From Emiliania huxleyi CCMP1516 (taxonomy: Eukaryota), in assembly GCF_000372725.1 (NCBI RefSeq), contig NW_005201092.1, positions 775,833-839,832 of the forward strand: a stretch of 64,000 nt of DNA, given 5' to 3'. Numbering within the stretch: position 1 is the first letter of the stretch; each line of letters begins with the position of its first letter. This document shows positions 49,397 through 61,420 of the stretch, one piece after another. Under the pieces are notes generated by a model. That model was not told the DNA's origin and did not search any database. It worked only from the letters and a program-made list of their open reading frames with translations. The translations under genes and the position numbers were made by a program.

Positions 49397-50821
49397 ATGT
49401 CCACCCCGCCGCGCCGCCGCTCGCGCCGCCTCGCCCCCGCCTCCGCCTCCGCTGCGCCCTCGCCGAGCACGCCGCCGCCCGCCCGCCTCCTCGACCTCCC
49501 CACGGAGCTCCTCTTGCGCGCCCTCTCTCGCTGCCACAGCCCCGCCGACATCGCTCGCGTCGCGGCCGTCTCGCTGCTCTTCCACGCCTCGCTTGCGCTG
49601 GAAGGCATCCGCTTGTGGGCGCAAGAGCGCGGCTTCGAGCTGCCGGCGCAGCCGGAGGGCGAGGACTGCGCCGTGCGGTGGCTGTGCTATTCGGCGCTGC
49701 TGCGCGAGTCCAACCCGCCGGCGAGGGTTGCGGCAGGCTCCACCCACAGCGTTTTCATCGACGGCGAGGGGCGGCTCTCGTCGTGCGGCTATGCGCCGTT
49801 CTACAGCCCATCGCTCCTTGGCCACGGCGAGGGCGTGGTGCGGCTCAACACGCCGACCCGCCTCCCCTCTCCGCTGGGTGTCGAGCGCGCCGTGAGTGTG
49901 TCGGCGGGAGAGAACCACAGCCTCGCCCTCACCGCCGGCGGCGCTGTCTGGAGCTGGGGCCCTGGAGCCTATGGCCAGCTGGGCCACGGCGACCAGCAGC
50001 ACCAGTGGCAGCCGAAGAAGATCGAGGCCTTGGCTGACCAGCGCGTCGTCGCTGTGTCGGCTGCAGCCGTGCACAACCTCGCCCTCGCCGCCGACGGCTC
50101 TCTCTGGAGCTGGGGCGGTGGAGCCTACGGCAAGCTGGGCCACGGCGACGGGCAGGACCAGCTGCTGCCGAAGAAGATCGAGGCCTTGGCTGGCCAGCGC
50201 GTCGTCGCCGTGTCGGCTGGATACGTCCACAGCCTCGCCCTCACCGCCGACGGCGCCCTCTGGAGCTGGGGCTTGGGACGCGACGGCCGGCTGGGCCACG
50301 GCGACGAGCAGAGGCAGCAGCTGCCGAAGAAGGTCGAGGCCTTTGCTGGCCAGCGCGTCGTCGCTATGTCGGCGGGATTCGCGCACAGCCTCGCCATCAC
50401 CGCCGACGGCAGCGTCTGGAGCTGGGGCAGTGGAAGCTATGGCAAGCTGGGCCACGGCGACGAGCAGAACCAGCTGCTGCCCAAGAAGGTCGAGGCCTTT
50501 GCTGGCCAGCGTGTCGTCGCTGTGTCGGTGGGAGGCTACTACAGCCTCGCCCTCACCGCCGACGGCGCTGTCTGGAGCTGGGGCGATGGAGACTACGGCA
50601 AGTTGGGCCACGGCGACCAGCAGCGCCAGCTGCTGCCGAAGAAGGTCGAGGCCTTTGCTGGCCAGCGCGTCGTCGCTGTGTCAGCAGGGCAGTCCCACAG
50701 CATCGCCATCACCGCCGACGGCGCCGTCTCGAGCTGGGGATTGGGAGGCTTTGGCTTTTTGGGCCACGGCGACGAGCAGAGCCAGCTGCTACCCAAGAAG
50801 ATCGAGGGGCGGGCGCAGTAA
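49397..50821 (+). CDS. F-box-like + RCC1-repeat protein, copy 3
   Basis: Same N-terminus and repeat framework as copies 1 and 2, but lacks their specialised last blade. Confidence 0.9.
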   Translation: MSTPPRRRSRRLAPASASAAPSPSTPPPARLLDLPTELLLRALSRCHSPADIARVAAVSLLFHASLALEGIRLWAQERGFELPAQPEGEDCAVRWLCYSALLRESNPPARVAAGSTHSVFIDGEGRLSSCGYAPFYSPSLLGHGEGVVRLNTPTRLPSPLGVERAVSVSAGENHSLALTAGGAVWSWGPGAYGQLGHGDQQHQWQPKKIEALADQRVVAVSAAAVHNLALAADGSLWSWGGGAYGKLGHGDGQDQLLPKKIEALAGQRVVAVSAGYVHSLALTADGALWSWGLGRDGRLGHGDEQRQQLPKKVEAFAGQRVVAMSAGFAHSLAITADGSVWSWGSGSYGKLGHGDEQNQLLPKKVEAFAGQRVVAVSVGGYYSLALTADGAVWSWGDGDYGKLGHGDQQRQLLPKKVEAFAGQRVVAVSAGQSHSIAITADGAVSSWGLGGFGFLGHGDEQSQLLPKKIEGRAQ

Positions 50822-51197
50822 CGTACACGCTTTATTACAAGAGGGGGGCGGCGCCCCGAAGGGTCCCCCGATAGAGCGTATATATCGTGGGTCTTGGTTC
50901 GCGTTTGTTTTAAACCTGCCGAACTTCCGCGGTCGCAGGATTACCTTGCTCTCTTCTCCACACACTCTTCTCCGCCCGCGCAAGGGCCCCGGCACGGCCG
51001 GGCCCCCCCGCCCCCCCCCCCCCCAAAGCCGTATGCGTATCTAGCAAACCGGCTGGCCCAGCCTGCAGCTGGAGCTGCACCCACGAGCGAGAACTGCCGA
51101 GCATAAGCGCCACGTGCCGAGCCAAGGGCCACGTCCCAGACGCCGAAACGGACGGACGACGTGGCGGCGGCTGCCTGCATCGCACACAGCGGCGGAT

Positions 51198-51422
51198 CTA
51201 GAAGCCGCACCTGCACGTGACGTGGGCGGGGTGAGAGGGATCGCTCTGGTCCACGCGCAACCTCCTCCAGTCTGCAGCGCACGGTTCCCCGCCGCCGCAC
51301 CGGCACTCGCACGCTTTTACTTTGTCAGGATGAGAGACGAGGCAGTCGGCCTTGCACTCGTCAAAGGTCGCGCCGCTCGCCGCCGCCAGCAGCCCAACCA
51401 AAAGCACGATCAAGCTCCTCAT
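51198..51422 (-). CDS. Small secreted Cys-rich peptide
   Basis: Signal MRSLIVLLVGLLAAASG followed by C-x3-C..C-x-C-x-C..C. Confidence 0.45.
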   Translation of the reverse strand: MRSLIVLLVGLLAAASGATFDECKADCLVSHPDKVKACECRCGGGEPCAADWRRLRVDQSDPSHPAHVTCRCGF

Positions 51423-52138
51423 CTCGACTGCAACTGGGCAAGGCGGGCAGTGGCGCGGATGAGCGACGTGCTCTGTTGTCGCACAGGCGGGATTGAAGCG
51501 GCAGGGCGGGCTAGGCTTCTGCTGGGCAGGCGGCCCAAGATCTGGCCCAGCAGCACAGAGTAAATTAATACAGATAGCGGAGGCCGGCGGCGCAGGCGCG
51601 AGACCACCGATGAGGGCACATCACAGCGAGTGCGTGGTGGTGTGGGGGTGCGGCAGTCGCGTGCATGCTTGGAGGGAGCGGCGACTCTGGCAAGAGCGGC
51701 TTTCACCACTCAAGAGGCCAGAGTCCGGTGGCTTGCGTCGGCGGGAAGAGAAGAGAGAGATGTGAGCCGGAGACCAGAGGTGGACGAGGTGTGGTTGGGA
51801 GGCCGCGTCAGCTCGCTGGTCCTGGGCTCTGGATCTGACAGGCCGGCAGCGGCGCTGGGTCGGCTCACACAGATTGCGGGCGGAAAGGGCGTGCGCGCAC
51901 CTTCCCAAGGGTCGGCGTGCACTCAAAACGCGGCGCGCACAAACTTGAACGCAAAAACGGTAGCGTGATTGCGATGTCACGCTTACCTTCTTTCTTTTTC
52001 ATCCACGGATCACGGACCCGAGTCATGGGTTGATCAAGGGATTGCGGGTCCAAAATCTGTGCTTTTGCGTGAAATCTGCAGCGAGGTCTCGAAGAGACTT
52101 CAGGGCCGGGGCGTTACAGGACGGACGATCTGCGGACG

Positions 52139-53549
52139 ATGCGGGCCGCCCTCGAGCAGGCCGTGCAGATCAAGAGCGCGGCGCTCGCGCGGCAGCGTTG
52201 CCGCTTCGATGCGTCGCCCGACTACTACCAGCGCACGCTCTGGACGGGGGATGAGGCGGAAGGCCTCCGCGCGCTGCCGCTGGAGGAGCGGCTCGCTCGC
52301 GCCGCCAAACTCAAGGAGGAGGGGACAGCACTCCTGAGGGTGGGCGACCACTCGGCAGCGGTCGAACGGTACGCGCTCGCGCTCGGGGCCTTTTGCTACC
52401 TCCGCTGCACCGACCCCGCCTGGCGGCGGCACGGCCTCCGCGACGATGCGATCGAGGAGGTGGACGAGAGGCCGGCTGGCGGTGAGCCGCGCCCTCATCC
52501 CTCGGTCCACACCGCTTCTCTCGTCTCAGCGATAATCCTCTCCACCGCACACCGCTTCCCCTCTTGCGCCTCCTCTGCAGGCTCGCCGCTACGCGAGAGG
52601 GCCGACTCCCTCCTCCTCGACAGCTACAAGAATCTCTCGCTCTGCTACCTCGGCATGGCGGCCGCTGCGCGCAGCGGTGACACTGGGGGCGATGCCAGCA
52701 GCTGTTGCCGACATTGCATATCGGCGTGCGACGCGGCGCTAGAGTTGCAGCCCGGGTGCGCAAAGATGCTCTACCGCCGGGCGAGGGCGCGGGTGGGGGC
52801 GAGCGCGGGCGAGGCGGCGGCCGACGAGGCGATCCGTGACCTGCGAGAGGCGACTCGCAAGGCGCCGGAGGACCGCGCGGTGCGAGCTCTGCTGGTGCGT
52901 CGCGGCAGAGCGGATGGGGCCCTAGAGCTGGTGACATGAGCCGAGCCGTCTCGCTGTTTGCACCAAAGGCGCGTCTGCTGGGAGAGCGGGCTGCGAGGCG
53001 CGAGGCGGAGGAGCTGGCGTTCGGAGGCATGTTTTCGCGCGGGCGGCTCGCCTCCTCCAGCAGCTGTGGCGGCGACGGTGGCGGCGGCAAGGACGACAAT
53101 GACGAGCCGGCGCAACACGCGCCCTGTCGGCCAGTCCCCTGTCCGAGACCGCCGACTCAGCCGATGCCGCTGTGTGGATAGGCAGCGGCGCGATGCAGGA
53201 CGGCGGAGAGGGAGGAGGCGAGGTTCAAAGCGTGCGAAGACGAGGTGCGGCGGGCGGAGGAGGCTGTGCAGATGCTCCGCGAACGGGGGCAGGCGCGGGA
53301 TGCGGAGGAGCTGCAGGCGGACTTGCCCTTTTGCCAACGCTCGTCCGCTTTCGCCCTTCATCCGTTGCTTGCTGTCGTTATATACAGGCGATTGTCGACG
53401 CACAGCGAGCTAAGCTTGAGCGGTGCCGGCGGGCGGTGGAGCAGCGGCGGCGATCCATGCCGCTCGTGCTCTCCCGGCTGAGGGGGTGGTGCTTGTCGCC
53501 CATCGTGCTACTGCTCGCGGTCGGGTGGCTGACACGCTGGCTGACATGA
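52139..53549 (+). CDS. TPR protein (FKBP/Cyp40-type co-chaperone TPR) with C-terminal TM, multi-exon
   Basis: AAKLKEEGTALL..AVERY, YKNLSLCYL, ACDAALELQP..KMLYRRARA, PEDRAVR. Confidence 0.75.
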
Positions 53550-53814
53550 GGCCGCGGCGACAGTGTAGACGCCGGACACAGAAGTTGTTAGAAGACAGCC
53601 ACACACGACGCGTTCTTAAGGTTACGTGTCACAGACAGGGAGGTAGAAAGAAGCGGATGCGGAGCGGTAAAGGTAGCAGCAGCCAGCACGAAGCGTTGGA
53701 CGACTACCTGAGAACGGATGAACTCATCGCGCTGCCGACCGCGGGGCCCCGCGAGACGGCCGACGCGACCCACACGACCAATCAAATGGGTGTGAGACAT
53801 TAGGTCACTATCCG

Positions 53815-54085
53815 TCATCGTGTTGTGATGTCGGTCAACCCCCCGACCGGGCCGACGCAACCCCCACACATTTGGCCACTCTTCTTCATCGCCATATCCT
53901 TGCCACGAGCTTGTAGTCGTGCGTCGACCAGCCAGTCGCACACGGGCTCGCACGGGACGGGGGTCGGGGCGAAGCCGGAAACGAGCGTGGCCGAGAGGAG
54001 CATCATGACAACGGCCTGCGAGCGGGACAGGGCGACAGTGGGCGAGAGGGCTGTGAGCAGGGGCAGAGAAGCGAGCGGCAGCATA
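53815..54085 (-). CDS. Possible small secreted protein
   Basis: Hydrophobic N-terminus and four Cys. Weak support. Confidence 0.25.
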
Positions 54086-54855
54086 TGCCTGAATCGGCTT
54101 TCTGTCTCTCGGTGAGGGAAGCCGTCACGATTCTCAACCTTTGACACAATACAGAGCAAAAGCCCGTTCGGTCCTCCCCATCGCCGATAGTGCGTCGCCC
54201 TGAATAGACGCTGCTCTGGGACGCCGGGACGGCGATGCCCTGACGCCGGGACGGCGATCCACGATCGCTCGTGGCGCGCGGCGCGGCGTGGCGAGCCCCG
54301 CCCCTGGGGTAGTGGGGTTGAGCAGCGTGTGGGTGGGTAGTCACTGCTCCGAGTAGTCAGAGCAGCGTCGCGTTTAGTGATACGCCGCTCCAGTTACTTC
54401 AAAGAGCGGCGTTCATTTTACCCCATCGCGCCATCCTGTGCGATCAAAGTCGTATGAACAGGTCACGCTGGAGAGAGATTTTAGCATTGTTGTCACGTTG
54501 TCGTTGCCGGAGCAGGAGTCGCCCGTGCGCGGGGTGAGCGCAGGACACTCAAGGGAGCGCATTGTGGTGGTTGCCGTGGTCCCTGATGGAAAGAGGCCCT
54601 CTGGCAGGGCCACACAGCCATGCACACAGCTTGTCCGCCACGAAGTCGTATCCCCACGCCGTGGAATCCATGGCGCGCGTAGCTATGACAGGGACCGCGG
54701 CCGCGGAACCGGCGGCGCGGACGGGGCTGGCGCGCAAGCGCCGGCCACCGTCGTGCTGCCGGGGAGGCGCAGCGCGGATCCTGGAATCGCTCCGATCGCG
54801 CGCAACTGGAGGACGCAGTGAGTGTCGCAAGGTTGTTCGGTGCGTCTTGTGTCAG

Positions 54856-55590
54856 GGTGATAAAGCCTGGCTACGGGACCATCGAGGTCGACCTGAAGCA
54901 CGAGAAGGCCGCGGGCGACCGCGCGTCGGTGCAGGCGGCGGAGCGCTCGTACATCGAGCGCACCGCGCCGAAGAAGAAGGAGGGAGAAGAGGGGCAAAGG
55001 CCGCGTCACGCAAGGCCAAGAAGGCCCGGCAGAAGGCGCGCCGGGCGGCGGAGGCCGGCGAGCGCGCGGCCGCGAGCGAGGCCGAGCGCGCGGAGCCCCC
55101 GCGCGCGCAGCTGCGCGAGAACATCGAGTACGTGATGGACGGACTACGGCCTGCAGCTGCGCGAGAACGTCGAGTTCGTGATGGAGGGCCTGGAGGCTGC
55201 GACGCAGGCGGCGCGCAACCCCACACAGGGTCCAACATTCAGGTCGCCTACTTGCTGCCTCCCGAGGGGGGCAGCGGGTTCGGCGACCTGGTGTACGCCA
55301 CGGTCCCTCTGGGCTCCGTGGCGACGAAGGTCGCCCGGGACTGGCTCGCCAACGAGCTCTACGAGCCGTCCCGGCGCGGCAAAATTGATGCGGCCTGCAG
55401 GCAGGGACCGAAAGGTCGCCGACCTGATCACGGCTGCCGGCGCCTCGGCGCCGGCCGACGCCGTGTTCGGCGGCAGGTTCGTGACGGGCGAGGCGCCCCG
55501 CCCGACGACCCCCGCCTCCGAGGCGGACGAGGGCGACGGCGTCGGCGGCGATGGCGGGACCGGAGTCGACTTCGACCTGTTCGATGACAC
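54856..55590 (+). pseudogene. Frameshifted coding-like relic of unknown family
   Basis: Coding-like blocks (GYGTIEVDLKHEK; QVAYLLPPEGGSGFGDLVYATVP; RKVADLITAAG) fall in different frames. Confidence 0.4.
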
Positions 55591-56194
55591 CCCACCCCCA
55601 TGGAGGACCTTTGAGTTCCTCCCCAGTCTCCCCCCACCTTACCTCTGCCCCCCCCCTCCCCCCCTCCCTCTGCCTCCCATAGGGCAGGATAGCACTAGCA
55701 TATGCGCCTAGTGCGCACACTGGGCCCACATAGATGTGACCCGCCCACTCGAGTGCGGCGTCCGGATGCTAGTGCTTGAGAAGGCAGCAACAACGCGGCA
55801 CGGCCCGTTTTGGCTGTCTGCAGAGATTCTGTCTTAGCGCACCAGTGAGTCATTCGGAGTCATTCGATGGCCAGAGTGCGATTGTGTGTGTGCGGGAGTT
55901 GGTTTGTCGGGAGGGAGGGGCAGGCTGCTCACCCACGTGCACCGGGCCGGTGCTTGCACTTTGAATGCCGTGGGGCTCCTGCCTGTGTCCGGGTGTGGAG
56001 ATGCGAGGGTCGCCCCCCCTTGCCCCACCACTTTGTGTGTGTGGAGAAATTTACCGTACCTTACCTTACGTATCCCCACACGCCACACCACATTTTGATT
56101 TGAGAGTGCAGAGAGTGGCAAAAAGATTTCGCTACTTTGTGGAATAAACAGCACAAACTGTTTTAACGTATAACGTATGAAAAACACGCGCTCA

Positions 56195-59100
56195 TCAGCC
56201 CACCATGGAGAGCCGCGAAGACACCGACGACCACAAGCTCGCCGCCGCGTCCGTGAGCGCTGCCTCTGCAGCGTCGGCGGCGTCGGCGGCTGCCGCGCCA
56301 GCGGAGGTCAGCCGGTCGACGGCGGCCTCGGCAGCCCCAGCAGCCGACGCGGACACGCCTTCGGCCCAGGGGGGGGTGCTCGCGGCGGGCTCGGCCGTCG
56401 GCGGGCCAAAGGTGCGGCGCGCCGCCGCGCCGGTGCGCGCGGTGCTCACGGCGTCGATGGTGCCGGAGACGACGGCGCCAATGACGGGGATGAGGCGGGC
56501 GCCGACGCCGTTGAGTGCAACGGCGGCGGTGAGCCGTTCGCCCGCGAGCAGGCTCGCCTGCAGCTCGGTGCGCACGACGGCGCTCGCCACCGCCTCGGCG
56601 CCCGCCTCCGCCGCCGTCGCGATGAGGGCGCGGCTGACGACGTGCGCGGCCAAGTCGCCGCCCGCCGCCTGCCGCCAGCTGCCGAGCGCGACGCCCGCCA
56701 CGTCCATCGCCTGCGCAAAGGTGCTCACCGCCGCGTCCCACGACGGCGGCGGCCGCAGCCACGCCGCGCCACCCGCCCGAGCCGCGTCGTACTCGGCGCG
56801 CGCCGCAGGGTCGGCGAGCACTTCGTACGCCCCCGCGAGCGCCTGGAAGCGGCGCGTCGCCGCCGCGCGCTCCTCGGCCGTCGCGTCGGGGAAGCGATCG
56901 GGGTGCAGCCGGAGCGCGCGCTGCCGGTACGCCGCGCGGATGGCGCCCGCCGACGCGGAGCGAGGCAGCCCCAGCAGCGAGTACAGCTCGCCCGCCTCGC
57001 CCTCGCCCTCCTCGCCCTCCGCCCCCTCCGCCCCCTCGCCTCTCTGCCCCGCGGCCACCGCCTCGTCTGGCAACCGCTGCGGTGTGGGTCGGCGGCGGGG
57101 GCGCTGCGGGCGAGCGTGCCTCCCTCGGCGNNNNNNNNNNNNNNNNNNNNNNNNNNNNNNNNNNNNNNNNNNNNNNNNNNNNNNNNNNNNNNNNNNNNNN
57201 NNNNNNNNNNNNNNNNNNNNNNNNNNNNNNACACATATTTCCATATTTACGCTTTCTAGCTCGGTATCCCGATCTCACCCTCGCTATTCCTCTCTTCGCC
57301 CCCTGCCGCACCCCTATGAACCTGCTTTCCTTCTCATCATCATTTCGCCCTCCCCACCCGCCTCTCACTGTGCCCATCGCGCTCTGCGGCGCGGGGGCCA
57401 CCCCGCGCACGAGGGCCGCATGTGCACGCCGGGCGGCCCGGGGGGAGGGCGGGCCGAGGGGAGGGAGGCTCACAGGCGCGCGGCGGTGGCCCACGCGGCG
57501 AAGAGCGCGGTGGGCACCGTGAGGGCCATCGTGGCGAGGCCGCCGAAGCCGGAGGCGAAGCCGGTGCCGAAGGTGCGCGTGCTCTGCCACGTGACGAGCG
57601 CGTCGAGCGCATGGTCGAGCGCGCCCTCCGCGTCGCCCTCCGCGTGCGCATCGACGTACGCGGTGGCGAGCGCCACCGCTCCCTCGAACTGCAGAGAGTC
57701 GACGCCGGCGAGGCAGACCTGCACCGCGCCGCACCGACGGAACGCGGGGCGAGTGCGAAAGGGGTGGTGGCCGAGGGTGGTGGGAGGGTGGCGTTGGAGA
57801 GGCACGGGCGCGGCGCGGGGCGGGCGTTGAGGGTGCGGGGAAGGAGGGCGGGGTGCAGATGGAGCTGCGGCACCGCTAACAGTGACGCGTGGCAGGTGGG
57901 ATCCGGGGTGGCGGGTGGCGGTGCCTGCCACAGCTGGCGCACGACGTGCTGCGCCTTCTCCTCGGCGTCGCGCAGCCCGCGCCAGTAGCCGAGCTTCTCG
58001 TCCACTCCGCACCGCGCGAGGCCAACCGCCACCGCCACGCTCGCCGCCTCCGCCGCGCCGCGCGCCGCGCGCGCGATCGCCTCGAGCGCCGCCACCGCGC
58101 CCGCGGCCAGCCCCTCTGCCGCCGTCGCCAGGCCCTCGGGCTCCAGGCAGATGGTGCGCGGCCCGTCGGTCCCAACCGCGTCCGCCTGCTCGGGCCGCGC
58201 AGGCGACAGGTAGCAGCGCAGCTGCAGCCGGCGGCGAGGCAGTGGCAGGCGGCGGTGCGGCAGCGGCAGCAGGTGCCCGCAGAGGGGCCGACGACGCCCA
58301 CGGGTCCTCGGGCTCACCGTCGGCCCACTCGCCCCCCGCGGCGGAGATGCCCTCGCGGAGCGGCTGTGCGTGTTCGGGCGCCCGCTCGCAGGCACACGCG
58401 TCGCTGCCCGAGACCACGAGCAGCACGTGCAGCCGCAGCACTGGCAGTAGCGTCTCGGGCAGCAGGTCGCCAAGGACCCAAAGGCCCGAACACCCGCCGT
58501 CGCGCCACAGCGTTTGCCACTCAGCGGCGGCGCACTCGCGCTTTCGCCCGTTGGCGCCGCTCACGAGGAAGCGCTGCCCCTGCCTAACGCGGTGGGCAAT
58601 GTGCACGTCGCACTGGGGTGGCACGCCACTGCTCAGCAGTCGCCCCAGCACGTCGCCCTCGCCGCGCGTGGAGAGCAGCCCGCTGGCGAGCTGACACCGG
58701 CCGGGGCCGTGCAGTCGCACCCGAAGGACGGTGCCCACGCTCTGCTTTGCGGCGTGCAGCTCCTGTCGGACGCGACCATCACTATCAAGCGGCGGGCAGG
58801 CCGCGCAGTCGTCCCGCACGCAGTTGATGTGATCGTTGAGCTGCTCGAGCATCTGGCCAGATATGAGGAGTGCGTCGCGCAGCGGCGTCGAAATGAGCTC
58901 GGCCACCACCGGAGGCTGGTAGGCGAGGCAGTGGGCGAGGAAGTGATTGCTGGTGTCCAGCGGCCCGCCAGTCTGCTGAGCGTGCTCGACACGGTCAAGC
59001 GCGCCGCGAAGGAGCGCCTTCAGACGGTCCATTTTGCCATCTTCCATGATGGTGCTCGCGGCGAAGGTGACGCATGAAGCTGTGGTCCTTCGGCGTCCTT

Positions 59101-59265
59101 GGATGTGTCCCTGTCAACCCGGCTTCCTCGTCTCTCTCGAGGTCTCTCGAGGTTCTTGAGGCGGATATCCTTTGGCCGCGTTGGCGATGATGCCGATGGG
59201 AATGTCCTCGCCTTCGGCGTGATCGCCGGCGGTGCCGGTGGCGCCGGCGTGATCGAGTCGCTCAT
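56195..59265 (-). CDS. Protein with an unknown N-terminal domain and an EcsC-like domain interrupted by a DnaJ J-domain; spans the gap at 57131-57230
   Basis: J-domain LYSLLGL..AYRQRALRLHPDR..AYEVLADP. EcsC-like halves GTGFASGFGGLATMALTVP and RLIPVIGAVVSGTIDAVST. Confidence 0.65.
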
Positions 59266-59328
59266 TTTTCTCGTCTTCACAACGCCCAGCCGCAAAGAAA
59301 CACACAAACAAAGGAAGAAAGACGACAA

Positions 59329-59517
<189 letters not shown>

Positions 59518-60058
59518 TCAACTCAGTCTTCGAAGCATGTGGGACGAGCGGCGCGTGCACGCAATGTGGTGGCGAAGTCTTGCTAGTCTGATACACCCCA
59601 CCAACAAACGAATTCTGAAAACTCTGTCGTAATCACGTTATCAAGCGCCGCTTAACCCATGAGAGATGGTCAGTGTGAATGAATCCATAGCGCATCTCCT
59701 TGAAGGTTCGAGCCCCCCCTCCTCCCCCGGGCCCCCGAATCGAGATTGGAGATTGGAGATTGGAGATGGAGATCGGAGATCTGACCGAATCCGGCCTAGC
59801 GACTGCACGCACCAACTCGAGATCTCAGACTCCTCTCGAGCATCTACACCGGTGAAGATTTGCCTCCACCAGTTCTTCAATCTACTGCTGCTCTTGGCAG
59901 GAGATTTGCCACTTATGAGATCTCTAAAAGGCATCTGCGATCTACAGTCCAAGGATCTTCCGATGTTGCGCAGAGATGTCCATGTATGGTTTCCCCTCTC
60001 TAGTTTACAACGTATGCACAACAAACATGAACATCTATTAACACTCACACACGGACGC

Positions 60059-61420
60059 TCAAGGCCCGGCGAACGTGACGTCTTCGCAAGCGAAGCCTAG
60101 AGCCCCTAGAGCGAAGACAGTGCCCCCAAGGAGGTCAAACTGAAGCACGTCGTCCGTGTATGATAGCTCCAATCCGACTTCCGGGAAGACTGTCATCTCT
60201 ACGCCATCCACAAGCATCGTCGCCTCGCCCTTGAGCACGATGCCAATCTTCGCCTCATCCCCCCCTCCTCCCTCCACCTTGCACGCAGCCGCGGTCAGCG
60301 CCGTCATCAGGCAGCAGTCGTAGGGGTAGATCCAAGTGCAGTCTCCTCCTGGGCTCAAGTCCCGGTTGACCGCGGCGGCCCGGCCAGGCAGGGGCGTCGC
60401 CGTGAGGAAGACGCTGAAGTCGGTTCCCTCGCCCTGCGGGATCGTAGTTGTGCCTGCCGCTACCATCCGTGCGTACGTGTCAGTCCTATCGCATTTGACG
60501 TCTGCGAATGAGACGCGCAGCGGCGACAAAGTCGAGGACGAAATCACCGAGGTGTTGTACGCGAATGTCCAATCGAAGTAGGCGTCGAGCGCAATCTCCT
60601 TGACTGCCCACTCGCGCCCAAACGGGTTGGCGCCGGAGACGATGAATCCACGGCTGCACGCGCCCCCAGTTGGGCATTTCGCGCTCGTGTTGACAAAGGG
60701 GACGCTTGTGTTGGTGACCTCGACCGTCTCGTAGCCGGTTGCTATCGTCTCGCCCGAGACCAGCCCGCTCGACAAGATCTTGACGCGACTAGTCTCAAGC
60801 GTGATCAGGCCCAGCCCGGTTGCGACGACGGCTAGCTCCCTCTGAGACAGCCACCGGCCGAGTGCGTGCCCCCCAGCCTCGCTATTTTGTAGCATGATCT
60901 GCGCCTTGGCGGCGACAACGCCGCGTCGCACCCAAAGATCAACCACGCTGCACCAGCCGATGTGTTCGGACGCCTCCAAGTCGGCCGTGCTCCGGGATAC
61001 GATGTTGGGAGTGTACCAAAGATCAGCACGCAGTGCGGTTACCTTCTCCTCCAGCATCGAGGTCGATGTGAATTCGAGGTCGACGTCCAACACGATCATG
61101 TCGGACGCTAGGTCGGACATGCCAGAGACGTTGGTGACTGCCGCCGTGGCGTTCACGAACATCTCAGCCGGGTTGGAGAGCAACGGCGGTGGAGATGTTG
61201 GAGGTAGTGGAGGTGACTTCGGCGGAGACGGCGGCGGAGACATCGGCGGAAACGAGGGCGGACCTGCAGATATCGCCGCCTCGGCTCGCCGATCGTTGAG
61301 CGCAAGCACCGCCACAGCTATCCCTCCCGCGATCAGGAAACCGATTACGAGTCCGAGGGCAAAAGCCTTCTTCGGCCACGGCGGTCGTCGTTCGCCAGCG
61401 GCGCTTTTGGCGTCGCCCAT
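60059..61420 (-). CDS. Type II membrane protein with Pro-rich stalk and a beta-rich Cys-containing ectodomain, unknown family
   Basis: N-terminal TM FALGLVIGFLIAGGIAVAVLAL, SPPP repeats, several NxT/S sites, intronless. Confidence 0.7.
   Translation of the reverse strand: MGDAKSAAGERRPPWPKKAFALGLVIGFLIAGGIAVAVLALNDRRAEAAISAGPPSFPPMSPPPSPPKSPPLPPTSPPPLLSNPAEMFVNATAAVTNVSGMSDLASDMIVLDVDLEFTSTSMLEEKVTALRADLWYTPNIVSRSTADLEASEHIGWCSVVDLWVRRGVVAAKAQIMLQNSEAGGHALGRWLSQRELAVVATGLGLITLETSRVKILSSGLVSGETIATGYETVEVTNTSVPFVNTSAKCPTGGACSRGFIVSGANPFGREWAVKEIALDAYFDWTFAYNTSVISSSTLSPLRVSFADVKCDRTDTYARMVAAGTTTIPQGEGTDFSVFLTATPLPGRAAAVNRDLSPGGDCTWIYPYDCCLMTALTAAACKVEGGGGDEAKIGIVLKGEATMLVDGVEMTVFPEVGLELSYTDDVLQFDLLGGTVFALGALGFACEDVTFAGP

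Noticed and set aside
35900..50800. DGR-like NNC/NNT pattern at variable RCC1 codons
   Set aside because: No reverse transcriptase or adenine-rich template repeat in the window. Selection for non-synonymous change explains the pattern equally well.
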